Shown here one piece after another: positions 41,668-52,590 of a stretch of 64,000 bases of DNA (position 1 is its first letter; each line of letters begins with the position of its first letter). A program made the position numbers and the translations under genes. Under the pieces are notes generated by a model that saw only the letters and a program-made list of their open reading frames with translations, had not been told where the DNA came from and searched no databases. Origin of the DNA: a bacterium (GTDB taxonomy: Bacteria; SZUA-182; DTGQ01; JAFGSM01); assembly GCA_049472335.1 (NCBI GenBank), contig JBLIRO010000013.1, positions 10,598 to 74,597 on the forward strand, in the 5' to 3' direction.

Positions 41668-43131
41668 ATGAGACATGGAAGTAAATCTTTAGAAGATAAA
41701 TATGATGTTATTATAATTGGTGCTGGAATCGGGGGGTTGACATGTGGATGTTATCTGGTAAGGGAGGGGATGAAGGTATTGATTGTTGAACAGCATAATA
41801 AACCGGGGGGCTGTTGTTCTTCTTTTAGAAGGAAAGGAGTTAATTTTGATGCAGCAGTCCATACATTGGCTACCTGTAGAAAGGGTGGTTTGCTTGGACA
41901 AGTATTGGATGAATTAGAGTTAAGGGATCAAATTAAGTTCACTAGAAGGGATCCATTGGACATTATAATTACTAAAGATTATGAGATTTATATTAAGCCT
42001 GATTTAGATGAAACAATAGACATCTTATGCAATACATTCCCAAGAGAGGCAAAAAATATAAATAATTTCTTTAGATATATTGATTCATTGGATAGGTCAA
42101 ATTATCATAGATACTTGAGAATAGTAGATATGCGATTTGGAGACCTATTACAAAGTTATTTTAACGATAAGGAATTAATCACATTATTGAGTATATTGTT
42201 ATTATATACAGGGGTACCTTCTTATGATGCATCGGCATTAGTGTCTGTTTTTGCATATAATCAGTTTTTGGATGGAGGATATTATCCCATAGGTGGTATG
42301 CAGGGATTTTCCGATACCTTTGCAGCGAAGTTTATTGAAAATGGCGGTATGCTTTTACTTTCTGCCAAGGCAGAAAAGATCGAGATAGAAAATAGAGAAG
42401 TAAAAGGTGTTAGATTGAGAAATAGTGAATATATTCGGGCCAAATATGTGATCTCTAATTGTGATGCCAGACATACTTATTTTGATCTGATAGGTCAAGA
42501 GTATCTATCACCAGAATTTAAAATTAAGATTAATGGATTAGTGGAGACCTCATCTTTTTTTGCTGTTTGTTTGGGCCTGAACAGGCAGTTTCAAAGAAAC
42601 AATAATAAGGATAGCATCTTATGGTATTTCCCTAGGGGAAATATTAATGCTGTTTCTTCTGAGGTTTTTTATGATAATGTACCATATCTAAGAGAAGGTG
42701 TAATTTGTATATTTAGCCCAAAATCGAATGGGATGTTGAATGCTGATGTATGTGAGGTATTATATGTCTCTGCAATTGCAAATTATAAAAATTATAGATA
42801 TTGGAAGGCAAATAAAGAGAAGGTAGCTGAAGAACTAATCAATAGAGCGGAAAAGATATTTCCGGGAATTTCATCATCCATTGTCGTTACATCGATAATT
42901 ACACCATATGATATTGAGAAATATACCTTAAATTATCGTGGGGCAATGAATGGATGGGCATGTATTCCAGAACAGGTTTCATCTCCTGTGATTAGAAGGA
43001 ATACAAAAATAAAACGACTATATATGGTTGGGCATTGGGTGAATGAATCTTTTGGAGGGGGCGTATCAACAGTAGCCAATACAGGGCGAAACATAGCCAA
43101 ATTGATTCAACAGAAAGAATATTCAAATTGA
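41668..43131 (+). CDS. Phytoene desaturase-family FAD-dependent oxidoreductase
   Basis: DVIIIGAGIGGL, EQHNKPGG, GGYYPIGGMQ, TPYDIEKYT, LYMVGHW. Confidence 0.88.
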   Translation: MRHGSKSLEDKYDVIIIGAGIGGLTCGCYLVREGMKVLIVEQHNKPGGCCSSFRRKGVNFDAAVHTLATCRKGGLLGQVLDELELRDQIKFTRRDPLDIIITKDYEIYIKPDLDETIDILCNTFPREAKNINNFFRYIDSLDRSNYHRYLRIVDMRFGDLLQSYFNDKELITLLSILLLYTGVPSYDASALVSVFAYNQFLDGGYYPIGGMQGFSDTFAAKFIENGGMLLLSAKAEKIEIENREVKGVRLRNSEYIRAKYVISNCDARHTYFDLIGQEYLSPEFKIKINGLVETSSFFAVCLGLNRQFQRNNNKDSILWYFPRGNINAVSSEVFYDNVPYLREGVICIFSPKSNGMLNADVCEVLYVSAIANYKNYRYWKANKEKVAEELINRAEKIFPGISSSIVVTSIITPYDIEKYTLNYRGAMNGWACIPEQVSSPVIRRNTKIKRLYMVGHWVNESFGGGVSTVANTGRNIAKLIQQKEYSN

Positions 43132-43150
43132 AAAAGATTGATATGAAAAG

Positions 43151-44601
43151 ATGAAAAAAGAGCTACTTGATGGTGGAAAATACGATGTTATTATAATTGG
43201 AGCTGGTATCGGAGGATTGGTGTGTGATAATTATCTTGCTAAATCAGGATTAAAGGTACTTATTATTGAACAACATCATAAAGTAGGGGGATATTGCTCA
43301 TCTTTTAGACGTGGGCCATTTATCTTTGATGCAGGTGTTCATGAACTCACACATTGTGGCGAAAAAGGAGTATTAGGGAAGATAATTAGGGAACTTAACA
43401 TAGATAATAAAATAGATTTCCGGAGGCGGATATTATAATGACAAATGATCAGGTAATCCCTCTTAAAACGGATTACGGTGAAACAAGGAGACAATTAGAA
43501 TATCATTTTCCTAAGGAAAAGGATCAAATAAAGGATTTTTTTTCCTTATTTGAAAAACCTATATTTTTTTCATTATATAATAAACTAAAAAACAGGTCTT
43601 TTAAGGAACTTTTAGATGAGTATTTTTTAGATGAGAGATTGAAGAACTTTTGGTTCGCTATGTGCAGTTCATTCGGCTTAATTCCATCTAAGTTGGATGC
43701 AATAGCAGCATTTTCATATTGTAGAGCATTTATAATGGATAGTGGGTATTATCCCATAGGAGGGATGCAGTCTTTTTCTAATGCCTTCTTAGATACGTAC
43801 AAAAGCTTTGATGGGAGTATTATTCTTTCTAAGAAAGTATCAAAAATTGATTTAAAGGATCGAGGCGTAGTTTCAATAAATGTGGCAAAAGGAATAAGCT
43901 TTTCTACAAACCATGTAGTTTCTACGTGTGATCCCATTCAAACATATTTTATGCTGATAGGAAAGGAACACCACAATCTTAATTTTATTCATAGGATCAG
44001 TAACATAGCACCATCTCCCTCACCCTTTATTGTTTTTTTAGGGCTAAATAGGCCGTTGGAAAGGAATAGAAGGAGAGGATTAGCTACATTATACTATGCT
44101 GAATCTTTACCAGAAAATAGATATGATGTGATTAACCATTTCAATCCGTCTCTGAAAAATATGGTGTTTGTCCCCTCATCCGTTAATGACCCTAGTTTAG
44201 CCCCTAAGGATGGAGAGAGTATTTTCTTTTTTAAGTTCACACCTTATAGGAGCAAGAAATATTGGGATAATAATAAATTTTTAGTTGCAGAGAAGATGAT
44301 AGAAGATGCAGAATACATGATACCAAATCTAAGAAGTTATATAGCCCATAAGGAGATAGCTGTTCCCCATACTTTATATAAATATACCTTAAATTATAAG
44401 GGAGCTTCAAAAGGTTGGGGATCTGTCTTTTCAACAACAGGATTAAAGATGATGGATTTTTCATGTCAAATCAAGGGATTATTTGTGGCTGGTCATTGGG
44501 CACCTTCCCCAGTGGGCAATGGTGGTATTTCAATGGATGCCTATTCGGGTTTTCAAACGGCCAAACAGATAAAGCATGTTTTTAAGAATAAAACAATATA
44601 A
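43151..44601 (+). pseudogene. Second phytoene desaturase-family gene, split by a frameshift near 43425-43438
   Basis: 43151-43438 carries the FAD-binding N-terminus and 43438-44601 the remainder; together colinear with 41668-43131. Confidence 0.75.
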
Positions 44602-44655
44602 ATATCTTATTATAATTTTTTTATAATTTTGAATTATTAAAATGAGAATTAGATC

Positions 44656-46827
44656 ATGAGCTTACATTCGATTTTATCATTGATAGTCTTAGTTGCAACT
44701 CTCTGCTTAGGAATTTTCGTCTTTTATAAAAAAAGGAAATCTGCGTCTATTGCATATCCATTCCTTTTACTCTCAGTGAACTTATGCATATATTTATCTT
44801 TCGTTTTTGTGATATTTACAACGGAAAATAAGGAATTCGCACATTTTTTTGCTCGATTTGGTTGTATAGGAGTAATCTTTGCACCAATTGCATTATACCA
44901 TTTCGTCATAAATTTCTATGACATTCAGACTGAGAGGAAATTTTTAGTACCAATATATATATATGGACTTATCATGTCTATTATATGTTTTGTACAAGAT
45001 ATAGTAATAAGAGACATGAGGTCATATTACTGGGGGTATTATGGAATTGGTGATTATGGCATGGTCATAATAGGTATCATATTTTCTATCCTATTTATCA
45101 GGTCAAATTTTCTTTTATTTATGCAGTTAAAGAATAAAGACCTGTCTGAAATTAAGCATCATCAAACAAAATATTTATTAGCAGCATTTATTGTTTTGTT
45201 TACAGCAGGAATAGAGTTTTTAACCGTTTTTGGCGTTGAAATATATCCTATGGGGTATTTAATATTTTTTGTGATGCTAGTGATTATTGCTTATGCCATT
45301 ATCAAATATCGCCTAATGGATATTCGCGTAGCAATTACTCGGGCAGGAATATTTTTAATTGTATATGCTCTTGTTTTAGGAGTACCTTTTTGGATTGGTT
45401 TTCATACAAAAAACTGGTTAATATCTACTCTTTCAATGTTTTTTCTTTCAACCACCGGCCCTATCATTTATCGCTATTTTCAGGGAAAGGCAGAAAACCT
45501 GATTTTAGCCAATCAGAGGCATTATCAGAGACTTCTTCTTGAATCGGCAAAAGGCATGTTGAGAGTACATGATTTGGATAAGCTTTTGAGATTTATTACT
45601 GATATAGTAATAAAGATAGTAAAGGTTAGGTTTGCTATTATAGTTTTAAAAGATTCTAGCAAAAGAAGTTATATATTAAAAGCTATAAAAGGGGATAAGA
45701 ATTTTCCAAGAGATTTTGTTCTGCCTGATAAAGATCCTTTAATTAAATTTCTTAAAAAAAGGAAATCCTCTCTTATGTATGATGAGATAAATTATTATAA
45801 GAAAAATATTGTTAATAAACAAATTCAATTAATCGTTCCAATATTAATGGAAAATAATCTGTTGGGTTTCTTATGTTTAGGAGAGAAGGAGGATCGTACA
45901 TTATATACTCAGGATGATATAAATGTTTTTGAGATTCTTGCACGGCAGGCAGCTCTTGCCATTGACCACTGTCATTTTATGGAAGAATTTAGCAAAGCCC
46001 AGGAAAAGGCCTTTCAGGCGGAAAAGCTTGCCTCGATTGGTGGTATGGCTGATGGTGTAGCACATCAGATGAAAAATCGTCTTAACTTATTTTCAATTGT
46101 GTCAGGGGAAATGAGGTCTGAAATAGAAGATTTTACAAAAGCGCATCCTGAACTGGTTGAACAGAATCCTGATTTGAAGAGATATTTTGATTATCTTAGT
46201 AAAACAGGAGAAATGTTAATTAGCAATGTTAGAAAAACTAATGGGATAATAGAGGGAATACTAAGTTTTGCCCGAGCAGGTGAGAAGGGTGCTTATTTTT
46301 CAGAGTTTTCTTTTGCAGAAATAATAGATGCATCTATAGGGTTGCTTTTGATCAAGCACCAGATCAAAGAATTCCCCTTAGAAGTAATAGTTGATTCGTG
46401 CGATTTAATATATGGGGTGAAATCACAATTTTTAGAATGCATATATAACATATTAGATAATTGTTATGAGGCTATTAAAGAAAAGATGGATTTTTATTTG
46501 ACTGACTATGAAAAGAAAAGCTTTAAACCAAGTATAAAATTAAAATTGTCTCATAATGAAAAATTTTATCATATCGAAATATCTGATAATGGAACCGGGA
46601 TAAAAGAAGAGAACAGGCAAAAAATATTTGCCCCGTTTTTCACAACAAAGCCATCCAATAAATCAGGATCAGGGGTTGGCATGTATGTGGTAAAAAGAAT
46701 AATTGAAGAAAACCACAAGGGAAAAATCAAATTCGAGTCTAAATATATGGAAGGAACTAAGTTTTTTATTAGACTTCCTAAAAATATGGGTGAAGATTTT
46801 AAATCATCTGGACAATTAAGCAATTGA
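44656..46827 (+). CDS. Sensor histidine kinase (multi-TM N-terminus, GAF, HisKA, HATPase)
   Basis: Many TM helices, GVAHQMKN H-box, ISDNGTGI, FAPFFTTK, GSGVGM. Confidence 0.92.
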   Translation: MSLHSILSLIVLVATLCLGIFVFYKKRKSASIAYPFLLLSVNLCIYLSFVFVIFTTENKEFAHFFARFGCIGVIFAPIALYHFVINFYDIQTERKFLVPIYIYGLIMSIICFVQDIVIRDMRSYYWGYYGIGDYGMVIIGIIFSILFIRSNFLLFMQLKNKDLSEIKHHQTKYLLAAFIVLFTAGIEFLTVFGVEIYPMGYLIFFVMLVIIAYAIIKYRLMDIRVAITRAGIFLIVYALVLGVPFWIGFHTKNWLISTLSMFFLSTTGPIIYRYFQGKAENLILANQRHYQRLLLESAKGMLRVHDLDKLLRFITDIVIKIVKVRFAIIVLKDSSKRSYILKAIKGDKNFPRDFVLPDKDPLIKFLKKRKSSLMYDEINYYKKNIVNKQIQLIVPILMENNLLGFLCLGEKEDRTLYTQDDINVFEILARQAALAIDHCHFMEEFSKAQEKAFQAEKLASIGGMADGVAHQMKNRLNLFSIVSGEMRSEIEDFTKAHPELVEQNPDLKRYFDYLSKTGEMLISNVRKTNGIIEGILSFARAGEKGAYFSEFSFAEIIDASIGLLLIKHQIKEFPLEVIVDSCDLIYGVKSQFLECIYNILDNCYEAIKEKMDFYLTDYEKKSFKPSIKLKLSHNEKFYHIEISDNGTGIKEENRQKIFAPFFTTKPSNKSGSGVGMYVVKRIIEENHKGKIKFESKYMEGTKFFIRLPKNMGEDFKSSGQLSN

Positions 46828-47273
46828 GAATGGCATATTAGAAAAAATTATATGTTTTTGTGATTGTGAAAATAAAAAATTCAATTTTCTATGCTATCCT
46901 TGCATTTTCTTATCTAATATTGTATTGTCTTTTCAACTCCTTGGTCTTTAAAGGGAAAATATCTCTAAATTTTTTATAAAGATAAACTTTCATGGTCGAA
47001 GAAAAATTACAAAATGACCGATATAGTAACTATGTATATATATCTATATTTCTATATAGAATATATAGATCTCAAATTGAAAGGGGGAAAATGAAAATCC
47101 GATATTGAGAAATCCTGAATTTTTCATGTTTTAAAAGTATACACCACTTTATTGAAAGATTTATTAGGAGAAAGTCGGAAATAAATTTTTACTGTTTTTC
47201 GCTCCATAATTTTCATCTCTAAGTTGTTTTGATTAATTTGGTTAATTTGGTTGATCAGAGAAAGGATAAGAAA

Positions 47274-48548
47274 ATGAAGCTGAGAGGTAATCGAATAATC
47301 ATTACAAAAGTAATCCTTGTCTCAGTAGTTTCCCTTTTAATTTCTTTTATGTTTATTACTAATTCATTTGCCAATGGAGTTTTATTGGATGCCAAAGGCC
47401 CTATTACCTTAGGTCGTGGTGGGACAAACATTGCTCATTCTGATAATGGGATCCTGATCTATGATAATCCGGCGGCGTTAGCCAGGCTGCAAGGGAAAAA
47501 GATCGAAGGTGCCCTGGATATGTTAATGTTTCCAATGAAATATAAGGATTCTAGTAATAATAAAAAAGGTGAAGATCAAGCCTTTTTTCTGCCAACCTTT
47601 GCTTATACCCATAATATTCAACAATCTCGCTTTGGTATGGGAGCGGGAGTCTATAATCCTGCTGGATTTTCGGCGGAATATAATTTAAACCACCCAGTTT
47701 ATGGAGAGCAGAAGTATTTCTCAAATGCTTCTCTAACAAAAATATTACTGGGTGCAGGATACAACATCACGGATAAATGGTCTTTTGGGATCGGGTTTGG
47801 ACCTTCCTATTCCAATATGGAGCTTGAAATGCCTTATACCTTTCAGACCGGACCCCTTCAGGGCACTCCTTCGTTGATTGATATGGAAGGTGATGATTGG
47901 TCATTAACCTGGAATTTGGGCACACAGTGGCAAGCTTCATCAAGCACAACAGTAGGTTTGTCATACATATGTCAGGATGAATTCAGAGTGGAAGGGGATA
48001 CAGATGTAGAGGTTATGGGATTAGGGACATCTAATTACAAGGTCGGATTTGATTTCCGTTGGCCACAGATTCTGGGTGCAGGGGTGAAACATTTATATAA
48101 AACAAATCATAGCATTTCTCTTGATGTTTTATGGATTGATTGGTCATCTGCTTTTAATGAAATGAAATTAGAGCTTTCCGAAGGAAATGGCGTAGGATGG
48201 CCAGGTTCAGCTCAGGATACATTCCCGTTGCATTGGAAAGACAGCTATTCACTTCGTTTGGGATATGAATATTTTTTGAATGCTAAGGATACCTTAAGAT
48301 TTGGATACATTTATAATGAAAATCCTGTGCCCAGCTCAACGCTTACCCCTTTGATCCCAGGGATTATAAAACATGAAGTGTCATTAGGTTATGGCCGAAC
48401 CTGGGGAAAATGGGCATTTAACGTAAGTTACTTATATGCCTTTAAAAGTGAGCAATCTGTTAGCAACAGCGAAATCCTGGGCGGGGATTTTGACCAGAGC
48501 ACCGTCAAGATCAGTGCTCATTTTCTTTCTCTGAGATTTCAATATTGA
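47274..48548 (+). CDS. FadL/OMPP1-family outer-membrane transport protein
   Basis: Signal peptide, LGRGG...NPAAL hatch motif, W-x-DWS, WKDSYSLRLG, C-terminal LRFQY. Confidence 0.85.
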   Translation: MKLRGNRIIITKVILVSVVSLLISFMFITNSFANGVLLDAKGPITLGRGGTNIAHSDNGILIYDNPAALARLQGKKIEGALDMLMFPMKYKDSSNNKKGEDQAFFLPTFAYTHNIQQSRFGMGAGVYNPAGFSAEYNLNHPVYGEQKYFSNASLTKILLGAGYNITDKWSFGIGFGPSYSNMELEMPYTFQTGPLQGTPSLIDMEGDDWSLTWNLGTQWQASSSTTVGLSYICQDEFRVEGDTDVEVMGLGTSNYKVGFDFRWPQILGAGVKHLYKTNHSISLDVLWIDWSSAFNEMKLELSEGNGVGWPGSAQDTFPLHWKDSYSLRLGYEYFLNAKDTLRFGYIYNENPVPSSTLTPLIPGIIKHEVSLGYGRTWGKWAFNVSYLYAFKSEQSVSNSEILGGDFDQSTVKISAHFLSLRFQY

Positions 48549-48741
48549 TTTTGAGGCAATAACAAAAGACGGATTCTATTTATTATTGTTATCATAAGTT
48601 ATTGTTAAAAATCTGTTTTTCAGAAGAATGATTTATCTTCTTTAAGATTTAACAGAATCGCAATCAATTTGAAATATATTTCGATTATTTTTATGCCTGA
48701 ATATTGTTAAGTGGATGTTTTCTCGTAAAGGGGGCAATTAA

Positions 48742-49260
48742 ATGACATACCAAAGTGTTAAGATTGATGGATATTTATCGGAAGCGTTATCAGATAAGGA
48801 AAGTATTTATTCTTTAAGCGATGATTATTGTTCAGAAACCCTAGATGATGCCTTGCGGCCGGAAATTAAGGTTATAATACTAGAGTCTTCTGACGCAATG
48901 CTCGCACTACTCAAGTCAGAGATAGAAAAAGACAAGAATATCAAAGTGGTTGGCATGGCGAGGAATGCCCATGAAGCCAGGAAGATGGTTATAGCCCTTG
49001 ATCCCGACCTTTTGATCATGGATATTATGGATCCCCATTCAGGAGGTATAGAGTTTTTAAAGAGATTAAATAAGTTTTCGCCAAGGCCTGTGATTTTATT
49101 TACCCAGCTTAGCAAAATACCATCTCATCTGGCATTATCCGCTTTTAAGGAAGGCGCCACTGATCTCATCGATAAAGATACTCTGGTTCTCCTGGACAGC
49201 TCTTCTCTATCTGAGGATTTTGTTCTGTCAAGAAAGATAAGGGCCACTATCCCTAATTAG
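48742..49260 (+). CDS. CheB-type receiver domain protein without a methylesterase domain
   Basis: IKVVGMARNA, DPDLLIMDI, GIEFLKRL. Confidence 0.7.
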   Translation: MTYQSVKIDGYLSEALSDKESIYSLSDDYCSETLDDALRPEIKVIILESSDAMLALLKSEIEKDKNIKVVGMARNAHEARKMVIALDPDLLIMDIMDPHSGGIEFLKRLNKFSPRPVILFTQLSKIPSHLALSAFKEGATDLIDKDTLVLLDSSSLSEDFVLSRKIRATIPN

Positions 49261-49622
49261 TTAAACGCAGAGCAACCTGAGCGAGCTTTAATATTCTTCA
49301 TTAGGGGATAGTAGTTCCCTGCCAATATTTCACTGGTTGGGCCTGTAGATACATGTACAAAATTTGATGTTCCCTCCTTGTATTATTAAGGCAATAATTA
49401 CAATATATTAACAGATAGATTCTGTTTGAATCCGATTGTTTGACCTTTACTTTTCAAAATTATTTTGTTAAAATTTTAGAAAATATTCTTTTTATAATTT
49501 CAACTTTGATTCCACACTAAAAATAAAAAATTTTATCAAATTTAAAATTTTACAAAAGAGCTTATTTATGGATCAAATTTATAGATCAAGATAAGTTCAT
49601 TCTTGGGTTGGGAGAGAGTCAA

Positions 49623-51707
49623 ATGAAGCCGTTTACCTTTTTCTCTAAAGCCTTCTTTCTCGTATTTTTTCTTACCATTTTACTATTATTATTCTCAGTA
49701 AATAATACTTTTTCTGCTTTATGGCCCTATCCTACACAGGTCCTTCCATGGAGCTGGCCTCCTGCCAGACCCTTTCCTAATATCAATCAATTTCCCTTAA
49801 GTGGCTGGCAAATATCCGATTATATCCCCACTGCCAGACAATACCCTTCATCCGGCTGGCCCGGTTACTTCGCACCTTACCCTCAGCCGACTTATACGCA
49901 GAGACTTCCATGGAGCTGGCCTTCACCTTATCCTTATCCATATTCGGGGCCAGGCCGGATCCCTATATACAATTGGCCGCCTTCCAGCTATTATCCGGTT
50001 ATCTGGCCGCCATTTCAGTCATCCAACTGGCCCATTTTTTCACTCCCTCCTGCAGGACCAGTGAACCAAATTACACTGATTCATATTGGTGATCTCCATG
50101 GACACCTCATTCCACGGGCACATTTGACGAGCGATGGCGATGGACGATTGAGAGGTGGGCTTGCGAGGATGTTTTCAATAATACAGGGAATTAGAAACAC
50201 GAATCCAAACTCCCTGCTTGTCAATTGCGGAGATACTATCCAGGGTTCAGCGGAAGCCCTTTATACCGAAGGAAGCGCAATGATTAATGTATTGAGTGAG
50301 TTCGATATCGATGCATTCGCACCGGGCAACTGGGATTTCCTTTACGGCACCAGGCGCTTCCGTGAACTCTTTGCCGAGCCTAATCCCATTGCGACATGGA
50401 ACGCCCTTGCCGCCAATTTGTACTACAACGGTGATCCTTATTCTGCCGCCATCGGACAGAGGGTATTGCCTCCATATAAAATCAAGTATATCAATGGATT
50501 AAAGGTGGGTATTCTGGGCTTTACCGCTGAACGGGGGCCAATGGTTGTCTACTCAGATGTAGTAAGGGGATTCGGATTTACCAGAGGTGACGCGGAAGTC
50601 GCGGAATTTGTGCCGTACCTGCGTCAGGCAGAAGGGGTAAATGTCCTGATCATGATTTCCGAGCTGGGACTGGCAAATAATATCCGCCTGGCGGAAGAGA
50701 ACCCCGGAATAGATGTCATTCTTTCTTCAGACATGCATGAGACCACATGGGAGCCGGTGATAACAAGCACCGGTACTATTATTGTTGAAGAGGGAACGGA
50801 CGGCACGCTTGTGGGTGAGCTGACCATTGCTTATGAAGGTGGACGGGTGTTTATGCAAAGATGGAGGCAGCATGTGGTTGATTCCCGCTACAGGGATTAT
50901 CCGCAAATAGCCACACGGATTGCCCAGGTGCGAAATTCATTTGTGTCTGGCCCTGACTTCCGGACACATGTTAATCCAATTAGTGGGGCTATGCTTAAAA
51001 TACCCATTGACACAGTTATCGGAGAAGCGGCAATCCCTCTTTACCGGGCAAATTTTTCTCATGAGAACATGCCCGGGGTGGTGGAAGGGTCCTCCCATGA
51101 TTTTCTGACGGATGCTTTTCGTTTTATGGGCCAGGCGGACGTGGGGTCGATCCGGGGATTCCGCTATGGGACACATATCGCTCCGGGACCGATAAGGCTT
51201 GAAGACATATATCATTTTATCCCTGTAGGTCCCTTTATCGCGAGGGGTGAAGTAACCGGTGAGCAGATCAAGCTTCTGATAGAGAATAATGCAGATGGGT
51301 CGCTGAACCCGGATGTACATAAGTGGGGAGGTGGATGGCTGTATGGATGGAGCGGGCTTCATTATGATCTGGACCCCTACGCAACGATCGGGAATCGCGC
51401 CCGGAATATCATGATCCAGCGCTGGGGGACAGGTGTGTGGGAGCCTCTTAATCTCACTGCCATATATACCCATGCCTCTTACAATTTTGCGCAGGAGCCT
51501 TTGCTGATTAATAAGATACCTGCCAATAACATCCAGGTGATATTCGGTCCGGCCGGCACTCCCATAGATGCCACGGAGGTGGTGGCAGAATACCTCAAGA
51601 CCCATATAGCCAATCCGGAGTTAAACCGGATACGGATTTTACAGCCGCTGCCGCAACCAAGATACAGAAATCCTGAGGTGCAGCCTCTCTGGGGGTGTTC
51701 GCCTTAA
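49623..51707 (+). CDS. Secreted SoxB-like 5'-nucleotidase/metallophosphatase with Pro/Trp-rich N-terminal module
   Basis: GDLHGH, GGLAR, GDTIQGS, GNWDF, SSDMHE, GFRYG; signal peptide plus LPWSWP repeats. Confidence 0.85.
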   Translation: MKPFTFFSKAFFLVFFLTILLLLFSVNNTFSALWPYPTQVLPWSWPPARPFPNINQFPLSGWQISDYIPTARQYPSSGWPGYFAPYPQPTYTQRLPWSWPSPYPYPYSGPGRIPIYNWPPSSYYPVIWPPFQSSNWPIFSLPPAGPVNQITLIHIGDLHGHLIPRAHLTSDGDGRLRGGLARMFSIIQGIRNTNPNSLLVNCGDTIQGSAEALYTEGSAMINVLSEFDIDAFAPGNWDFLYGTRRFRELFAEPNPIATWNALAANLYYNGDPYSAAIGQRVLPPYKIKYINGLKVGILGFTAERGPMVVYSDVVRGFGFTRGDAEVAEFVPYLRQAEGVNVLIMISELGLANNIRLAEENPGIDVILSSDMHETTWEPVITSTGTIIVEEGTDGTLVGELTIAYEGGRVFMQRWRQHVVDSRYRDYPQIATRIAQVRNSFVSGPDFRTHVNPISGAMLKIPIDTVIGEAAIPLYRANFSHENMPGVVEGSSHDFLTDAFRFMGQADVGSIRGFRYGTHIAPGPIRLEDIYHFIPVGPFIARGEVTGEQIKLLIENNADGSLNPDVHKWGGGWLYGWSGLHYDLDPYATIGNRARNIMIQRWGTGVWEPLNLTAIYTHASYNFAQEPLLINKIPANNIQVIFGPAGTPIDATEVVAEYLKTHIANPELNRIRILQPLPQPRYRNPEVQPLWGCSP

Positions 51708-51767
51708 GAGTTGTCCGGCTAAAGGTTTTTGGCCATTAATCAAAAACTATTAATTGGGTCATATCAA

Positions 51768-51812
51768 AAAAAGGCCATCCGACAATGAATAAAGCCGTCG
51801 GATGGCCTTTTT
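51768..51812. terminator. Bidirectional intrinsic terminator
   Basis: AAAAAGGCCATCCGAC...GTCGGATGGCCTTTTT between convergent genes. Confidence 0.85.
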
Positions 51813-51929
51813 ACAATTTGTTAAACCAATTTTAAGTAACTTCTTTCAAGTTACTTCTAGAATTCAGTCCGGTCCGCTCTGCTGGGCACCGGGCATCTAA
51901 TTAAAAAAGTATTATTTACCATCAATCCC

Positions 51930-52496
51930 TTATATAAGTGGTAAGCCCCAGATGTCACCGACTGTCAACAGACTTGACTGGGGTATCCCGAACAGGCTTG
52001 TGGGATAATCCAAAAGATATTGAATATTTCCCAATGTAACGATATCTATGCCCGAATTGATATCTGTGGGCGGTAAAGCACCATAACCAAGAGGTAAGGC
52101 AATAGGAGACGGTAAGCCAGTCAGAGAATCGAGCAGATAAGACGGTGGCCAGGGATTAAGGCCAAAGAACGGTGAAAAATAGGTCAAGCCGCCTCCCAGA
52201 ACAGGAGGTATATTATAAAGCGCCCATGGCAGACTCTGGGCAGGGTCCCAGGCAAGTATGGGCTGTACCGGAAGTATGGTGCTGTTTGTCAACTGGCTAA
52301 GCAAGGGGGTTGGAAGCCCTGTTCCTAGAGTATCGACAGGTGACAGCACTGAAGACCATAGTGGCCATAGAAGGTTATACGGTGGTAAGGCCTGCCAGTA
52401 CTGGGCCTGGGCCAATGGGGTCCCTATCATTCCAACGACCACCAGGATAAAAATACTAATGACGGCTAATTTAATGGCACACTTTTTTTCAAACAT
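51930..52496 (-). CDS. Secreted Pro/Leu/Trp-rich hypothetical protein
   Basis: Signal peptide ending AQA; mature QYWQALPPYNLLWPLWS; no Lys/Arg in the mature part; GGGAG RBS. Confidence 0.75.
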   Translation of the reverse strand: MFEKKCAIKLAVISIFILVVVGMIGTPLAQAQYWQALPPYNLLWPLWSSVLSPVDTLGTGLPTPLLSQLTNSTILPVQPILAWDPAQSLPWALYNIPPVLGGGLTYFSPFFGLNPWPPSYLLDSLTGLPSPIALPLGYGALPPTDINSGIDIVTLGNIQYLLDYPTSLFGIPQSSLLTVGDIWGLPLI

Positions 52497-52590
52497 TTTA
52501 ATTACTCCCTATATAAAATTTTAAGAAAACAAGTTGTTGATTAAACAAAAAATTTTGTTTTTCACCTCCTTATAAAAAAATTATGGGCTA

